A DNA stretch of 46,279 bases from positions 1 through 46,279 of the IMG/VR virus record IMGVR_UViG_3300020045_005726; one strand, 5' to 3'. Of this stretch, positions 18,611-27,616 are shown one piece after another (within the stretch, counting starts at the first letter, position 1; every line of letters begins with the position of its first letter). The notes beneath the pieces are model-generated. The model saw only the letters and a program-made list of their open reading frames with translations, was not told the DNA's origin and did not search any database. This DNA is from a virus. Taxonomy: Duplodnaviria; Caudoviricetes. The translations under genes and the position numbers were made by a program.

Positions 18611-19300
18611 ATGGCTAACGGTGTATGGCAAGCAACTATAACAAGCGCTATTGACGGGCTGCCAATACCGGGTGCGACGATCTCCGTTAAGCTTGCCGGA
18701 ACCTCTACCGATGCTGATCTGCTCCAAAACAGGGCAGGCTCCGTATCAAAGTCAAATCCTTTTACTGCAAATGCGGAAGGGTTTGCCAGGTTCTATTGTG
18801 AGCCTGGGCGCTACGATATTTATGCATCATCAGATGGGCAGGATGCGGAATGGGTTGACGTTGTAATTATTGAAGGTCTAGGCGGTGGCGGTACAGCAGC
18901 GGGCGGCAATTTATTACCAACTTATTTAGAAAGCGATTTTACATTAAGTAATTTAATTTTCACAGGGAACGCAGGGCTGCAAGCTATCACAACAGGCGGC
19001 GGGGAAATTGTTTTTGAAACAAGAACGCCCGGCGATTTTACACCTGGTGATATATTGGCTTTTGATATTGTTAACATCGACGAAGTAGAAGACAATTTTT
19101 CTATTATTTTCGTCAGAATGGGGCAATTTGAAACAATAAATATCGCCCAATCTGGCGATGCGGTTACAACTCAATTCGCAAAAATGACGTTGTTTATGGA
19201 GGTTCCTTTTGAGCTTGATCCAGAAGAACCTTTCACCCTAGTATTTTTTCAAAATTACAACAGCTTTAAATTTATAGTAACTGCTATTTATAAAATATAG
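18611..19300 (+). CDS. putative tail appendage protein
   Basis: N-terminus 'GATISV...GT...A.L...NPFTAN.EG.A.FY...GRYDI' resembles virion-anchoring domains of tailspikes. Confidence 0.6.
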   Translation: MANGVWQATITSAIDGLPIPGATISVKLAGTSTDADLLQNRAGSVSKSNPFTANAEGFARFYCEPGRYDIYASSDGQDAEWVDVVIIEGLGGGGTAAGGNLLPTYLESDFTLSNLIFTGNAGLQAITTGGGEIVFETRTPGDFTPGDILAFDIVNIDEVEDNFSIIFVRMGQFETINIAQSGDAVTTQFAKMTLFMEVPFELDPEEPFTLVFFQNYNSFKFIVTAIYKI

Positions 19301-19381
19301 ATTTTATGGGAGTTGATAGAGTGCCAAACAAAGAGCAGCCGCCGAAACGCCAAAACAAAATGGCGCCAGAGGAAGATTCAA

Positions 19382-19873
19382 ATGTCGCCAAGAAAAATAC
19401 CTGTGCAATTGTGGTTATTGGGATTGTTGGTATCATGGTTTTACTTGCCACTATCCGCTATTTTTCCGCCTGATAACGCTTTTCTGCTGCAGATTTTTGG
19501 CTCCGAAAAGTATATATGGCTGGCAAAAAATCTACTGATCCAGTGGGCGCTTGTAATAGCGTGTTATATTTTAAGCCGCACCCGATGCTGTGCAGCTATT
19601 ATACTGATTGAGGTGTTTTGCATGGCCTACAATATAGCGGCTTGTTGCGCACCTGTTGCTTTACGCGACACTATTTACGACGTCAGGCCGCTAGTTGTAC
19701 TGGTAGCATTTATACTGCAATTGCTTGCAATCGCTATCAGCACCGGAGGCGGGGTTGGATCACACAACAACTATAATCGCCGCAAATCAGATACTGCTAA
19801 TCATTCTGATAGTGACTTCAATCGCGCACAGCTTATACCTAGCAGCTCGGGCTTACTGGAGGCGGCGAAGTGA
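19382..19873 (+). CDS. membrane protein
   Basis: About four hydrophobic segments; start uncertain (19313 or 19382). Confidence 0.55.
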   Translation: MSPRKIPVQLWLLGLLVSWFYLPLSAIFPPDNAFLLQIFGSEKYIWLAKNLLIQWALVIACYILSRTRCCAAIILIEVFCMAYNIAACCAPVALRDTIYDVRPLVVLVAFILQLLAIAISTGGGVGSHNNYNRRKSDTANHSDSDFNRAQLIPSSSGLLEAAK

Positions 19874-20124
19874 TCGGATCAGCAAGAGAAGCAATTCAAG
19901 AATGGGCGATGAATAAAATCTCCCTGTCATTTGTAGCGGTCGGTGTTGGTAACCTGGCCGCAAACGCAAAATATATTGACCTCGCAAATTCAGGCATTGG
20001 GCCGCTAAGTTACTCCGGCTGGATTGCCGCTATCAGTTGTTTCTGGATCATCACTTTGATTTTAGAAAAGTGGATAAAGTGGGCAATTGAGCTGCGGGAG
20101 AAGTTGCGTGCGCGAAAAAATTGA
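19870..20124 (+). CDS. putative holin/antiholin
   Basis: 84 aa, hydrophobic segments and basic C-terminus; upstream of the endolysin. Confidence 0.5.
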   Translation: MIGSAREAIQEWAMNKISLSFVAVGVGNLAANAKYIDLANSGIGPLSYSGWIAAISCFWIITLILEKWIKWAIELREKLRARKN

Positions 20125-20413
20125 GCAGTTCATTCTATGGCTTGGTGATTTTGTCGAAGACGGAAGCACTGGGCGCCCATCGGTTAAGCGCTTCGGTCTT
20201 GCTCTCGCTGTTACCGTCTTATGCGGTGTAATGCTTGGGCTTGGCGCGGTAATCGCTTACTCGACGTTTACGGCAGATAATGCTAGCAAGCTGGAGATGG
20301 TGAGGTCTTGCGCGGGCACGCTAGAGGTTTTAGCGGGGCTTGTGCTTGCGGCAGTGACAACTGGTTACCTAGTAGATAAAAACGCAGCGAGAAAGGCGGC
20401 AAAAGATGACTGA
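20108..20413 (+). CDS. putative holin
   Basis: Two TM segments and 'G.PS.KR' motif; overlaps the endolysin start; start uncertain. Confidence 0.55.
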   Translation: MREKIEQFILWLGDFVEDGSTGRPSVKRFGLALAVTVLCGVMLGLGAVIAYSTFTADNASKLEMVRSCAGTLEVLAGLVLAAVTTGYLVDKNAARKAAKDD

Positions 20414-21038
20414 AATAATTAAAAAAATCCTACTTGCAGTCTGCGATAAAACAGAATCAACTGCTGGCGCGCAAGCTGTTTACTTGCCATTGTCAAAACT
20501 ACTGCAAGAAAACGGCATAACCGACCCAAAAGAGATTGCGCAATTTTGCGCACAGTGCGCACATGAATCAGGCGGGTTTCGTCGGCTCATTGAAAGTTTG
20601 AACTACAGCGCTGAAGGTTTGGCGCGTACATGGCCAAATCGTTTTGCCGATGCGGATGGCTCACCAAACTTGCTAGCCAAAGATATCGCGCGCAATCCTG
20701 AGCTAATCGGCAGCTATGCCTACGCCAATCGCATGGGGAACGGCAATCCAGACACCATGGACGGATTTAAATACCGTGGGCGCGGGATTATCCAATTGAC
20801 CGGCAAATCGAACTACAAGGCTGCACAGGATGCGCTTGGGATTCTGTGCGTAAATAACCCCGATATGGTCAGCGGCATTGAATGCGCAGCGCGCGTTGCG
20901 GTGTGGTTCTGGGTTAAAAACAAATGCGGCAAGGCGCCCACATTTGAAGCGCAGACAAAAATCATTAATGGCGGTACCAAGGGGCTTGATGATCGCAAAG
21001 CTCGCTTGGCTCGCGCATATGCAGCAATCCCGGAGTAA
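20406..21038 (+). CDS. endolysin, glycoside hydrolase family 19
   Basis: 'AQFCAQCAHESGGF', 'YANRMGNG', 'YRGRGIIQLTGK.NY', 'INGG..GL.DR'. Confidence 0.92.
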   Translation: MTEIIKKILLAVCDKTESTAGAQAVYLPLSKLLQENGITDPKEIAQFCAQCAHESGGFRRLIESLNYSAEGLARTWPNRFADADGSPNLLAKDIARNPELIGSYAYANRMGNGNPDTMDGFKYRGRGIIQLTGKSNYKAAQDALGILCVNNPDMVSGIECAARVAVWFWVKNKCGKAPTFEAQTKIINGGTKGLDDRKARLARAYAAIPE

Positions 21039-21040
21039 GC

Positions 21041-22522
21041 ATGGCCATAGTGCGCACCCTATTTTTCACAATTCTTGCCAGTCGAAATCCTGAAACCGGC
21101 AATATTGAGCCGCCTTACACGCCTGCGCAGGTTTTGTGGGTGGATCAGTCTATTGGTAGCGACACCGTAAGCAATGGGCTTGGGCCGCACGGCAGCGAGA
21201 TAAACCCATTCGCTACATTCAACAGGGCACACTCGGTTTTGCAGCCATCCGGTGAGATTCACGCCAAGGCTGGGCGCTATTTTGAGTCTACTGTGGATAA
21301 CCCATTTGTCCCCGATCAGGTTCTGGCCACCTCAGTATTTGCGGCTACGGCTCCGCTGATTAGCGGAACCATTTTTCACCCGTGCGTCATGCGGGCTGCG
21401 TCCGGGCATGAAGGTTCGGTAATTATCGATGGCGGCGGCGAATACGCAGGCCTCGTTACTGAGGCGAAAAGTTATTGGCACATTTACGGGCTGCGTTTTG
21501 AAAACTGCATGAATGCCGGTATTGCCTCCTTGGGTGGGGCGGTTCTTACCCCTGACTTTTCAAGGATATCCGGTAACTGGCTGGTAGAGAATTGCTGCGT
21601 AACATCGGTTGACTCATATAGTACGAGCGGAAACGTATCGGGGATTGCGCCGTGGGGCACTCAAGACTGGGTTATTAGGAACTGCAAAATTTACGACATT
21701 CGTAGGAACGCAGGGGTAGATGCCAATCTTGTTGCCAATATTCAGACTTACGGGGCGATAAACTTATTTGTTCAAAATTGCCACTTTGAGCAAGCAGATT
21801 TTGGTTTTTTCGCAAAAGATCACTTCCTCTACCCTGATTTGGTAACTCCGTATAAGGGTGCGACATTTGACAGTTGCTACATGGACACGCGATCACGCCC
21901 GTTCTACTTAGGAGTCAGGGGTGGCGGCACCGCGCATTGCGGGGAGACGATTGTCCGGAATTGCATCCTTCGCAACAGAGGTAGTGGTGAGGGCGGTGGC
22001 GCAACGGTATCGGCAGAGATGGGGGCTGGACTTGAGCAATCAACCGACTTACTGGTCGAGCATTGCATTATTCGCGCGGATGACCCAACTACAAAGTTGA
22101 GTGTTATTTCTGGGTTCGCCAATGTTAGGCTTAAAAATAATATCAACATCGGCGGGCTTAACCAAATCCAGATAAACAATCAAGGGCACCCTACTGTGCT
22201 GACTGAGTGCAACAACAACGCCTATGCCGATTTTGACTATGCACGTATGAATGCCAATGGAGCTGGTGATATCAACCTTAGCTGGGCAGTTTGGCCGACT
22301 TCTGTGGCTGGAGTTCCTTCTAGTTTGGGGGTTAGTAATCCTGACTCGTTATCTGTTATCTCGACTCCTGCGGCCATGTTTATCGATATGGATGCGGATG
22401 ACTACCGATTTAAGGCTGGATCACCTACGATTGGACTGGCTGGCGGCGGGCTGAATGCCGGATGCTACCAAACAAACCTTGAGCACATCGGATTGCTCCC
22501 AACTTATAGCGCCGGAGCATAG
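21041..22522 (+). CDS. right-handed beta-helix (pectin-lyase-like) protein, candidate depolymerase
   Basis: 'WVD...GSD..NG...GSE.NPFATF..A' and repeated '.V.NC.I' beta-helix rungs. Confidence 0.7.
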   Translation: MAIVRTLFFTILASRNPETGNIEPPYTPAQVLWVDQSIGSDTVSNGLGPHGSEINPFATFNRAHSVLQPSGEIHAKAGRYFESTVDNPFVPDQVLATSVFAATAPLISGTIFHPCVMRAASGHEGSVIIDGGGEYAGLVTEAKSYWHIYGLRFENCMNAGIASLGGAVLTPDFSRISGNWLVENCCVTSVDSYSTSGNVSGIAPWGTQDWVIRNCKIYDIRRNAGVDANLVANIQTYGAINLFVQNCHFEQADFGFFAKDHFLYPDLVTPYKGATFDSCYMDTRSRPFYLGVRGGGTAHCGETIVRNCILRNRGSGEGGGATVSAEMGAGLEQSTDLLVEHCIIRADDPTTKLSVISGFANVRLKNNINIGGLNQIQINNQGHPTVLTECNNNAYADFDYARMNANGAGDINLSWAVWPTSVAGVPSSLGVSNPDSLSVISTPAAMFIDMDADDYRFKAGSPTIGLAGGGLNAGCYQTNLEHIGLLPTYSAGA

Positions 22523-22524
22523 TA

Positions 22525-23673
22525 ATGGCTAATTACCTTGAGCATTTAGCAAGCCCAAGCATGAACACCGTTACTTTTACCGGCGTAACACTTCCTGCTG
22601 GCGGATCGCTTATGCGATTTAGGTTCAGGATTCCCGCTGGATTGACTGGCGATTTAAATTTAATTGGCGAGGCAACTTCAGCAAATAGGGTTTATGTCAG
22701 CCTATCTACTGGGTTATTCGTTTATAGGGCAAATGGAACCACTTATAACTCCGCAGCAGCAGGAATTATCGCTGGCGGAACATATGAAATAGAGATCGAG
22801 GGATTTGTAAGCAGTACTGTTTACAGGTTGAATGGGGCGGTCAATACCACCAAGGGATTTGTGATCACTCAGTCGCAGCCTTTTACACGCCTCGGTAGTA
22901 GTGCTACTACCAGAAGTCGGATTGATATCTACGAAACACAGATCACCTCGCCAACAGTTAACCACCATTGGGATGCGGATGGCGTAACCAGCGGCACTGT
23001 TTTCCCGGATGTGGTTGGCGGCAATGACGGCATCCTTACAAACTTCGCAGGAAACCCATGGAAGGCAGAGGCGACGATCAACACCATTGATAATCCGATC
23101 CCTGCCGATGGCGCCTTCGCCGGTACGGCTACCGGGTTTACAGCGGGCGCGGCAACCCTAACAACTCCGGTAATCGGTGGGGGCACAGTAAGCGCTGCGG
23201 TAACGATAGCTGCTGGCACCGACCCAAAGGCATTCACAGCGACCTATCCGCCGCCAGTGAGCACCCAAGCCTATCCATTCATGGGCGCATCGCATACGCA
23301 CACACTGACGCAAGGCGCGACCGCTGCGACCGCTGCATCGGTTGTTGGTGCTCCTGCTGGCTACTCAATTGTCACGCTGAATATGCCAGTGACAGACAAT
23401 CCTGCGTACATCACTGCAAATCTTGATGTAACCCCGGCTACCGGTGATTTATTGGTTTACCAGGATGCAGATATCGCAGTTGACCCAAGCGGATTTTGGA
23501 CAGCGCCTGATCCGACTACTATCACTGTAATACATCAGATTCAATCGACCGGTGTGATTTATGTTTACGGCGTAACGATAGATGAAAGCGGTGTTGTTTC
23601 CCCGGTAGATTTTTTATCAGCAATAGGCGCCTCATCAATAACGGCATCATCGATAATAGCGGTGGGGTTATGA
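22525..23673 (+). CDS. putative structural/lectin-like protein
   Basis: Thr/Gly/Ala-rich and beta-rich; the N-terminal half resembles LamG/ConA-like domains ('HHWD...SGT..PD.VGGN.G.L.NF'). Confidence 0.5.
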   Translation: MANYLEHLASPSMNTVTFTGVTLPAGGSLMRFRFRIPAGLTGDLNLIGEATSANRVYVSLSTGLFVYRANGTTYNSAAAGIIAGGTYEIEIEGFVSSTVYRLNGAVNTTKGFVITQSQPFTRLGSSATTRSRIDIYETQITSPTVNHHWDADGVTSGTVFPDVVGGNDGILTNFAGNPWKAEATINTIDNPIPADGAFAGTATGFTAGAATLTTPVIGGGTVSAAVTIAAGTDPKAFTATYPPPVSTQAYPFMGASHTHTLTQGATAATAASVVGAPAGYSIVTLNMPVTDNPAYITANLDVTPATGDLLVYQDADIAVDPSGFWTAPDPTTITVIHQIQSTGVIYVYGVTIDESGVVSPVDFLSAIGASSITASSIIAVGL

Positions 23674-24188
23674 TTAATGTGATGACTGGCCTTTTGTCGC
23701 GCTACTGGCTGCATTTGCTAGCTATCGGGCTGGTGGCATATTCCTTTAAATATACTTACGATTCTGGCGTTGATTCAGAGCGGGATAGATGGGAAAAAAA
23801 TGCCTATCAATCCGTCATCACTGCACATGAAGTCGCAAACACTTTCACCGCTGGCGTTTTAAGCGATCACCAGGAGATACAAGACGATGCGCAAATTGAA
23901 ATTGAGCTACTTAAAAATCAGCTTGCTGCTGCCGATTCTGCTTATGACAGCCTGCACGACAACGCCAAATCCTATGCAAAGCGTGCCGCTGACAGTTCCA
24001 GGGCTGCCGCTAATTGCAAGGCAACCGAAGCCGCCAATCGAGTGTTTGCAGACATGCTCAAAGAGTCTGACCGACTCGCGGGAGTCTATGCAAAACACGC
24101 TGATGAAAGCCGAATAGCAGGGCAGGCTTGCGAAAAATCGTATGAAGTTTTAGCGGATTGGATAATGGCGTCATGTAGCATTAAATAA
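23670..24188 (+). CDS. i-spanin (Rz-like, DUF2514-like)
   Basis: N-terminal TM segment, coiled coil, 'AD..R.AG.ACE..Y'. Confidence 0.8.
   Translation: MINVMTGLLSRYWLHLLAIGLVAYSFKYTYDSGVDSERDRWEKNAYQSVITAHEVANTFTAGVLSDHQEIQDDAQIEIELLKNQLAAADSAYDSLHDNAKSYAKRAADSSRAAANCKATEAANRVFADMLKESDRLAGVYAKHADESRIAGQACEKSYEVLADWIMASCSIK
23887..24117 (+). CDS. o-spanin (Rz1-like lipoprotein) embedded in Rz
   Basis: Alternative frame wholly within Rz; signal peptide with lipobox 'LMTAC'; Pro-rich mature part; GGAG upstream. Confidence 0.8.
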   Translation: MRKLKLSYLKISLLLPILLMTACTTTPNPMQSVPLTVPGLPLIARQPKPPIECLQTCSKSLTDSRESMQNTLMKAE

Positions 24189-24199
24189 TCATCCAAAGC

Positions 24200-24236
24200 A
24201 AAAAAATAAGCCGCTTAATTGCGGCTTTTTATTTTT
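24200..24236. terminator. bidirectional intrinsic terminator between the convergent arms
   Basis: AAAAAAATAAGCCGC-TTAATT-GCGGCTTTTTATTTTT. Confidence 0.85.
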
Positions 24237-24429
24237 AGCACTTGTGATAAACGGACATACCTGGGCATTGAGTATAAATGCCGTAAGCTATAAGTACTGC
24301 ACTCAAAAAGCAAAGCAAGGCTGGTATCAGGTCAAACCAGTTCCTTGCGTTAATTACAAATGAAACCGCACCATAAGCCATAAGGAAAAATAAACCGATT
24401 ATGGCAATCTGCACTGCAATATCCATCAT
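24235..24429 (-). CDS. small membrane protein
   Basis: AAGGAG RBS; two hydrophobic helices. Confidence 0.6.
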   Translation of the reverse strand: MMDIAVQIAIIGLFFLMAYGAVSFVINARNWFDLIPALLCFLSAVLIAYGIYTQCPGMSVYHKC

Positions 24430-24644
24430 AACTCCTTAACCGCAGGCACAAGCCCGTCAGCGTTGTTGTCGATTGGCTGGTTTACGCATGCGCACAAGAC
24501 CATGGTAATAACCATTAGAATCAGTTTCATGTTTTTTTGCTCTTTATACAATAAGGCACACAATCCAAATAACTGCAAAAACACTTATTAGGCAAATACA
24601 ATACTCAAGCGCGATTTCTTCAAACGATTTCATGTTGTTTTCCC

Positions 24645-25136
24645 TTATGGCTTTGGGGATGCGGATAGCATGGCCTTGTAGCGCACTATTAGCGCTCGTT
24701 CGCTGAACTCTTCAATCAAGTGAATCTCTTTCAACATCTCAGGCGTTGGCTCAACCGGCACCAATTGCCATCCTTCCGGTATCGCTTGCGCTGGCAGTGG
24801 GTCATGAACCAGTACATCAAGCTCTGAAAACTCTTCCGGCGTCTCTGAAACTGAAAAAGTTGATTGATGCCCATCAACATCAATGCCACTCCACTTAACG
24901 CACTCACCGCAGCCCTGAATGCCATAGTGACAGGTAAGAACGTAAATTTTTTCTGGATGATCGAGGTAAGAGAACTTTGTACCAATTTGCACCTTGCCAA
25001 TCTTTTTGATTATAGGCTCCTGCTCCCCCGCCTTTTCCAGTACTGCGCGCTCGATTTCACGTGCAAAGTCATTCGTTGTTTTACGATTTCTGATGCAGTC
25101 GTTCCACATCGCTTGTATTTCTTCATCTGTTAGCAT
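24645..25136 (-). CDS. hypothetical phage protein
   Basis: Common phage modules 'LTDEEI...W...FAR.IE' and 'IPEGW.LVP.EPT.EM...Y.AML.A.P'. Confidence 0.75.
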   Translation of the reverse strand: MLTDEEIQAMWNDCIRNRKTTNDFAREIERAVLEKAGEQEPIIKKIGKVQIGTKFSYLDHPEKIYVLTCHYGIQGCGECVKWSGIDVDGHQSTFSVSETPEEFSELDVLVHDPLPAQAIPEGWQLVPVEPTPEMLKEIHLIEEFSERALIVRYKAMLSASPKP

Positions 25137-25147
25137 AAAAACCCCTG

Positions 25148-25624
25148 TTATGCGGTCTTAACGACACGATTTGTTTTAGTTAGCAGCGCTACGCCTCGAA
25201 AGTATTCGAGTGCTTGCGGCCAGTGATAGCCATCAACAAATCTCAATAGCTTACCTTGGAATTTCTCGCAGTTGGCTTTATGCGGTCGATCATCACAAAG
25301 AAAATCTCCAGCGTCCCCAAGCAACCCCTTATCGTGAGTAACGATTATTCTGCGCTTTAGTTCTGGAATGTTGTCAATGATCCATTTCGCTTTATCACCG
25401 TAGGCATAGTGCACGCCGGTTGGCGGTTTTGTTGCAATCCAAACTTCAAAGCCCATACCTATTAGGCTGCGCACTGCTGAGATTGCGCCTTCAATGGCGG
25501 GCATTGCAGCATAGGCGCCTTCAATCTTTTTTAGCTCATCACCAGTCAATCCGGTCGCCCGCATGTGCGCCTCAAAATCAACGATAACGCCATCCATATC
25601 AACAAACACTCTATCTACCATCAC
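25148..25624 (-). CDS. HAD-family 5'(3')-deoxyribonucleotidase
   Basis: 'FVDMDGVIVDF', 'K..WI', 'K.L..D...L.DDRP..N'. Confidence 0.85.
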   Translation of the reverse strand: MMVDRVFVDMDGVIVDFEAHMRATGLTGDELKKIEGAYAAMPAIEGAISAVRSLIGMGFEVWIATKPPTGVHYAYGDKAKWIIDNIPELKRRIIVTHDKGLLGDAGDFLCDDRPHKANCEKFQGKLLRFVDGYHWPQALEYFRGVALLTKTNRVVKTA

Positions 25625-25648
25625 TCTCTCCTATTCGCCATTGGGCGG

Positions 25649-25792
25649 TTATGCAGGTATTTTTGACCCATACTCTATGAGCTGATTAATTTTTTTCTCT
25701 AGACGCAATGCTAGCTCAATTTGCCCAGCCTTTATCGCCTCTCGCATAGCCTCACTAAGCTCTTTTACTGCCTGCTGTGAATCAAGTGGCAT
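25649..25792 (-). CDS. 47-aa protein with UVR-like helical hairpin (not in ORF track)
   Basis: MPLDSQQAVKELSEAMREAIKAGQIELALRLEKKINQLIEYGSKIPA*; AGGAG RBS. Confidence 0.55.
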   Translation of the reverse strand: MPLDSQQAVKELSEAMREAIKAGQIELALRLEKKINQLIEYGSKIPA

Positions 25793-25794
25793 AT

Positions 25795-26058
25795 CTACTC
25801 CTGCCCTGCGGGCTGTTGGTTAACTAAAATTGCGCTAGCAATCCACTCTGTTGCCTGCCTCTCAAACTCAAACCATTTCTTCATGCCGCGCGCGTGCAGA
25901 TCATTAATTCTTGAGTCCTTACTGCAAAGCATTCCGTGTGTGTAACCCTCCTCGAATTCGTCCTTTATTGCCTGAATTCCGTCTTCAACATGGAAAGGCA
26001 GTCTGCGGAAAGTGTGGTTGTCCCGCATGTAATAAATCGCAATTTCTGAATCTCTCAC
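25795..26058 (-). CDS. hypothetical protein
   Basis: 87 aa; GGGGGAG RBS before GTG. Confidence 0.65.
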   Translation of the reverse strand: MRDSEIAIYYMRDNHTFRRLPFHVEDGIQAIKDEFEEGYTHGMLCSKDSRINDLHARGMKKWFEFERQATEWIASAILVNQQPAGQE

Positions 26059-26112
26059 AACTCCCCCTAACCCTGTGTGGGCTGGTTAAAATTCATATGT
26101 AAACTAATCCAT

Positions 26113-26150
26113 ATTTTCTATACATATGGAAATCTATATGTATAGAAAAT
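26113..26150. repeat. AT-rich palindrome with perfect 15-bp arms
   Basis: ATTTTCTATACATAT-GGAAATCT-ATATGTATAGAAAAT. Confidence 0.9.
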
Positions 26151-26170
26151 CCGCGCAACTTAGGGTGAAA

Positions 26171-26299
26171 AATAAACCCGGAAATATACGGCCTACCCAT
26201 AAAAATCCCGTGCCAGATTTTAAGTTGCTGATTCTGCTAACAAAAAAATATCAACTTTTTGTAGTTTTGCGGGTCGAGCCGTATATTCCGCTGTTAAGT
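26171..26299 (+). other. array-leader recombination site (atypical attC/attI-like)
   Basis: AATAAAC-CCGGA-AATATACGGC...GCCGTATATT-CCGCT-GTTAAGT. Its core GTTAAGT is complemented by the R'' of the first cassette. Confidence 0.6.
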
Positions 26300-26560
26300 A
26301 GCAAGCAGCTCAACCACCAGCCTATTGCTTTTGTGTGTTCTATATGTGAGGCATCCTGCAAAAATTGATCTAATCCCTACTAAGTAATTATCTTGTATCA
26401 GCTTATCCGCATCCGCCTTGCTTATTAATTCTCTCCTTACTGGTCTTCCGTTTTTTAATTCGCACAAATTAAACACCCCACGGCTATCAGTAATAAACAT
26501 GTCCTTGCAAATCTTTGGGGTTTTTGTTCCTTTTCTTAAAGTGGTTTCTACCCATTTCAC
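26294..26560 (-). CDS. cassette 1 hypothetical protein
   Basis: Start reassigned to GTG 26560 (GAGG RBS) inside the cassette; stop TAA lies within core GTTAAGT. Confidence 0.65.
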   Translation of the reverse strand: MKWVETTLRKGTKTPKICKDMFITDSRGVFNLCELKNGRPVRRELISKADADKLIQDNYLVGIRSIFAGCLTYRTHKSNRLVVELLAT

Positions 26561-26572
26561 TTCGCGTACCTC

Positions 26573-26657
26573 ACTTAACAAAGTTATGAAATTGACGGAA
26601 TTTAAGCCGCCGCTCTTTACTACCAATGTGCAGCCGCAATTTATAACGGCGTTACAT
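26573..26657 (+). other. attC site 1
   Basis: ACTTAAC-AAAGT-TAT(G)AAATTG(A)CGG...CCGCAATTTATA-ACGGC-GTTACAT. Confidence 0.85.
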
Positions 26658-27518
26658 TTGGCTCGATAAGTATCTGTCTTCGCATCTAACACACATCATC
26701 AAGTTATCAGTTTCAGGATCGCCATCTCTCGCGAAGTCGCCCGTCTCCCAATCTTTCTTGTGCCCTGCTTCTTTTACTTTTTCCTGAATTGACTCAATAC
26801 GTGCGGCCACTTCTGGGTAAAATATTTTAATCTCAGCAAGTTCGCCTTTCTGCGCAAAAGCACCGCAAAGGCACTCACCGCTCATGCACAAATTATCTTT
26901 AACTGGATTGCGCGGCAAATCCCACTCGCGCATTAAAAGGCGCTGGTCGTCATCGGTAAAGTTCAGCATTGGTGAAACCCAAACCTGCGCGCCATCAACG
27001 TGAACATCTTTAACCGTACCCATTCGGCGTGCAGACTCAGCTTTTCTCACACCAGAAATCAGCATAATTTTATCAAAGCGTTCTTCTTTGTGGTCACGCA
27101 CAAGCCTTCTAACTTGTCGCTGCTTTAGTTTTGAGTACATAAATCTATGCGCAGCGGGGCCGGGGAATCCGTGCTCAATTACAATGTCTTCGTAAATTTG
27201 TGGGTCTGGCGATCCGTCAGCTTTGGTATTCTCCGCTGCGCGGTAAATCAAAAGCGGCCAATTGTTCTTCGCACAAACATCAATCACAAACTGCTGAGTT
27301 TCCGGTATTCCAATGCCCGTATCAATATGCACTACCGCATCAATTTCATCGGGTAGCGCAGCGCAAGCTAAAGCGGTGGCGGTCAGTGAATCGTGCCCAC
27401 CACTAAACAACGCAAAAATGTGTGTTGGCGCGTAATGGTCAATCGCGCAATTAAGTATCGTTCCTGCCTCACAAATTTGTTGAGCTAAACGTATTGAATT
27501 TTCTTCGTCTTTGGTCAT
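26652..27518 (-). CDS. cassette 2: PAPS-reductase-family (PP-loop) protein
   Basis: 'LFSGGHDS', 'HIDTG', 'GVRK.ES.RR', 'SP..N', 'SGECLCGAF'; start ATG 27518 or TTG 27530. Confidence 0.85.
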   Translation of the reverse strand: MTKDEENSIRLAQQICEAGTILNCAIDHYAPTHIFALFSGGHDSLTATALACAALPDEIDAVVHIDTGIGIPETQQFVIDVCAKNNWPLLIYRAAENTKADGSPDPQIYEDIVIEHGFPGPAAHRFMYSKLKQRQVRRLVRDHKEERFDKIMLISGVRKAESARRMGTVKDVHVDGAQVWVSPMLNFTDDDQRLLMREWDLPRNPVKDNLCMSGECLCGAFAQKGELAEIKIFYPEVAARIESIQEKVKEAGHKKDWETGDFARDGDPETDNLMMCVRCEDRYLSSQM

Positions 27519-27531
27519 ATTGCCCGCCAAA

Positions 27532-27616
27532 ATGTAACAAAATTATCAAACGGATGCGGCATAACACCGCGTTTTTAATTACTGTGTACTGCGCACCGTT
27601 TATAACGGCGTTATGT
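27532..27616 (+). other. attC site 2
   Basis: ATGTAAC-AAAAT-TAT(C)AAACGG(A)TGCG...CGCACCGTTTATA-ACGGC-GTTATGT. Confidence 0.9.

Noticed and set aside
230-23237. Other antisense ORFs in the structural arm (e.g. 6888..7301, 12565..13032)
   Set aside because: They are codon-aligned shadows with no recognisable motifs, unlike 4852..5421.
25940-25946. GTGTAAC, the complement of the last core GTTACAC
   Set aside because: It lies inside a coding region with no attC arm; probably chance. No tenth attC was found after 30278.
26113-26150. Palindrome as a protelomerase target
   Set aside because: The centre is not symmetric and no protelomerase gene is present.
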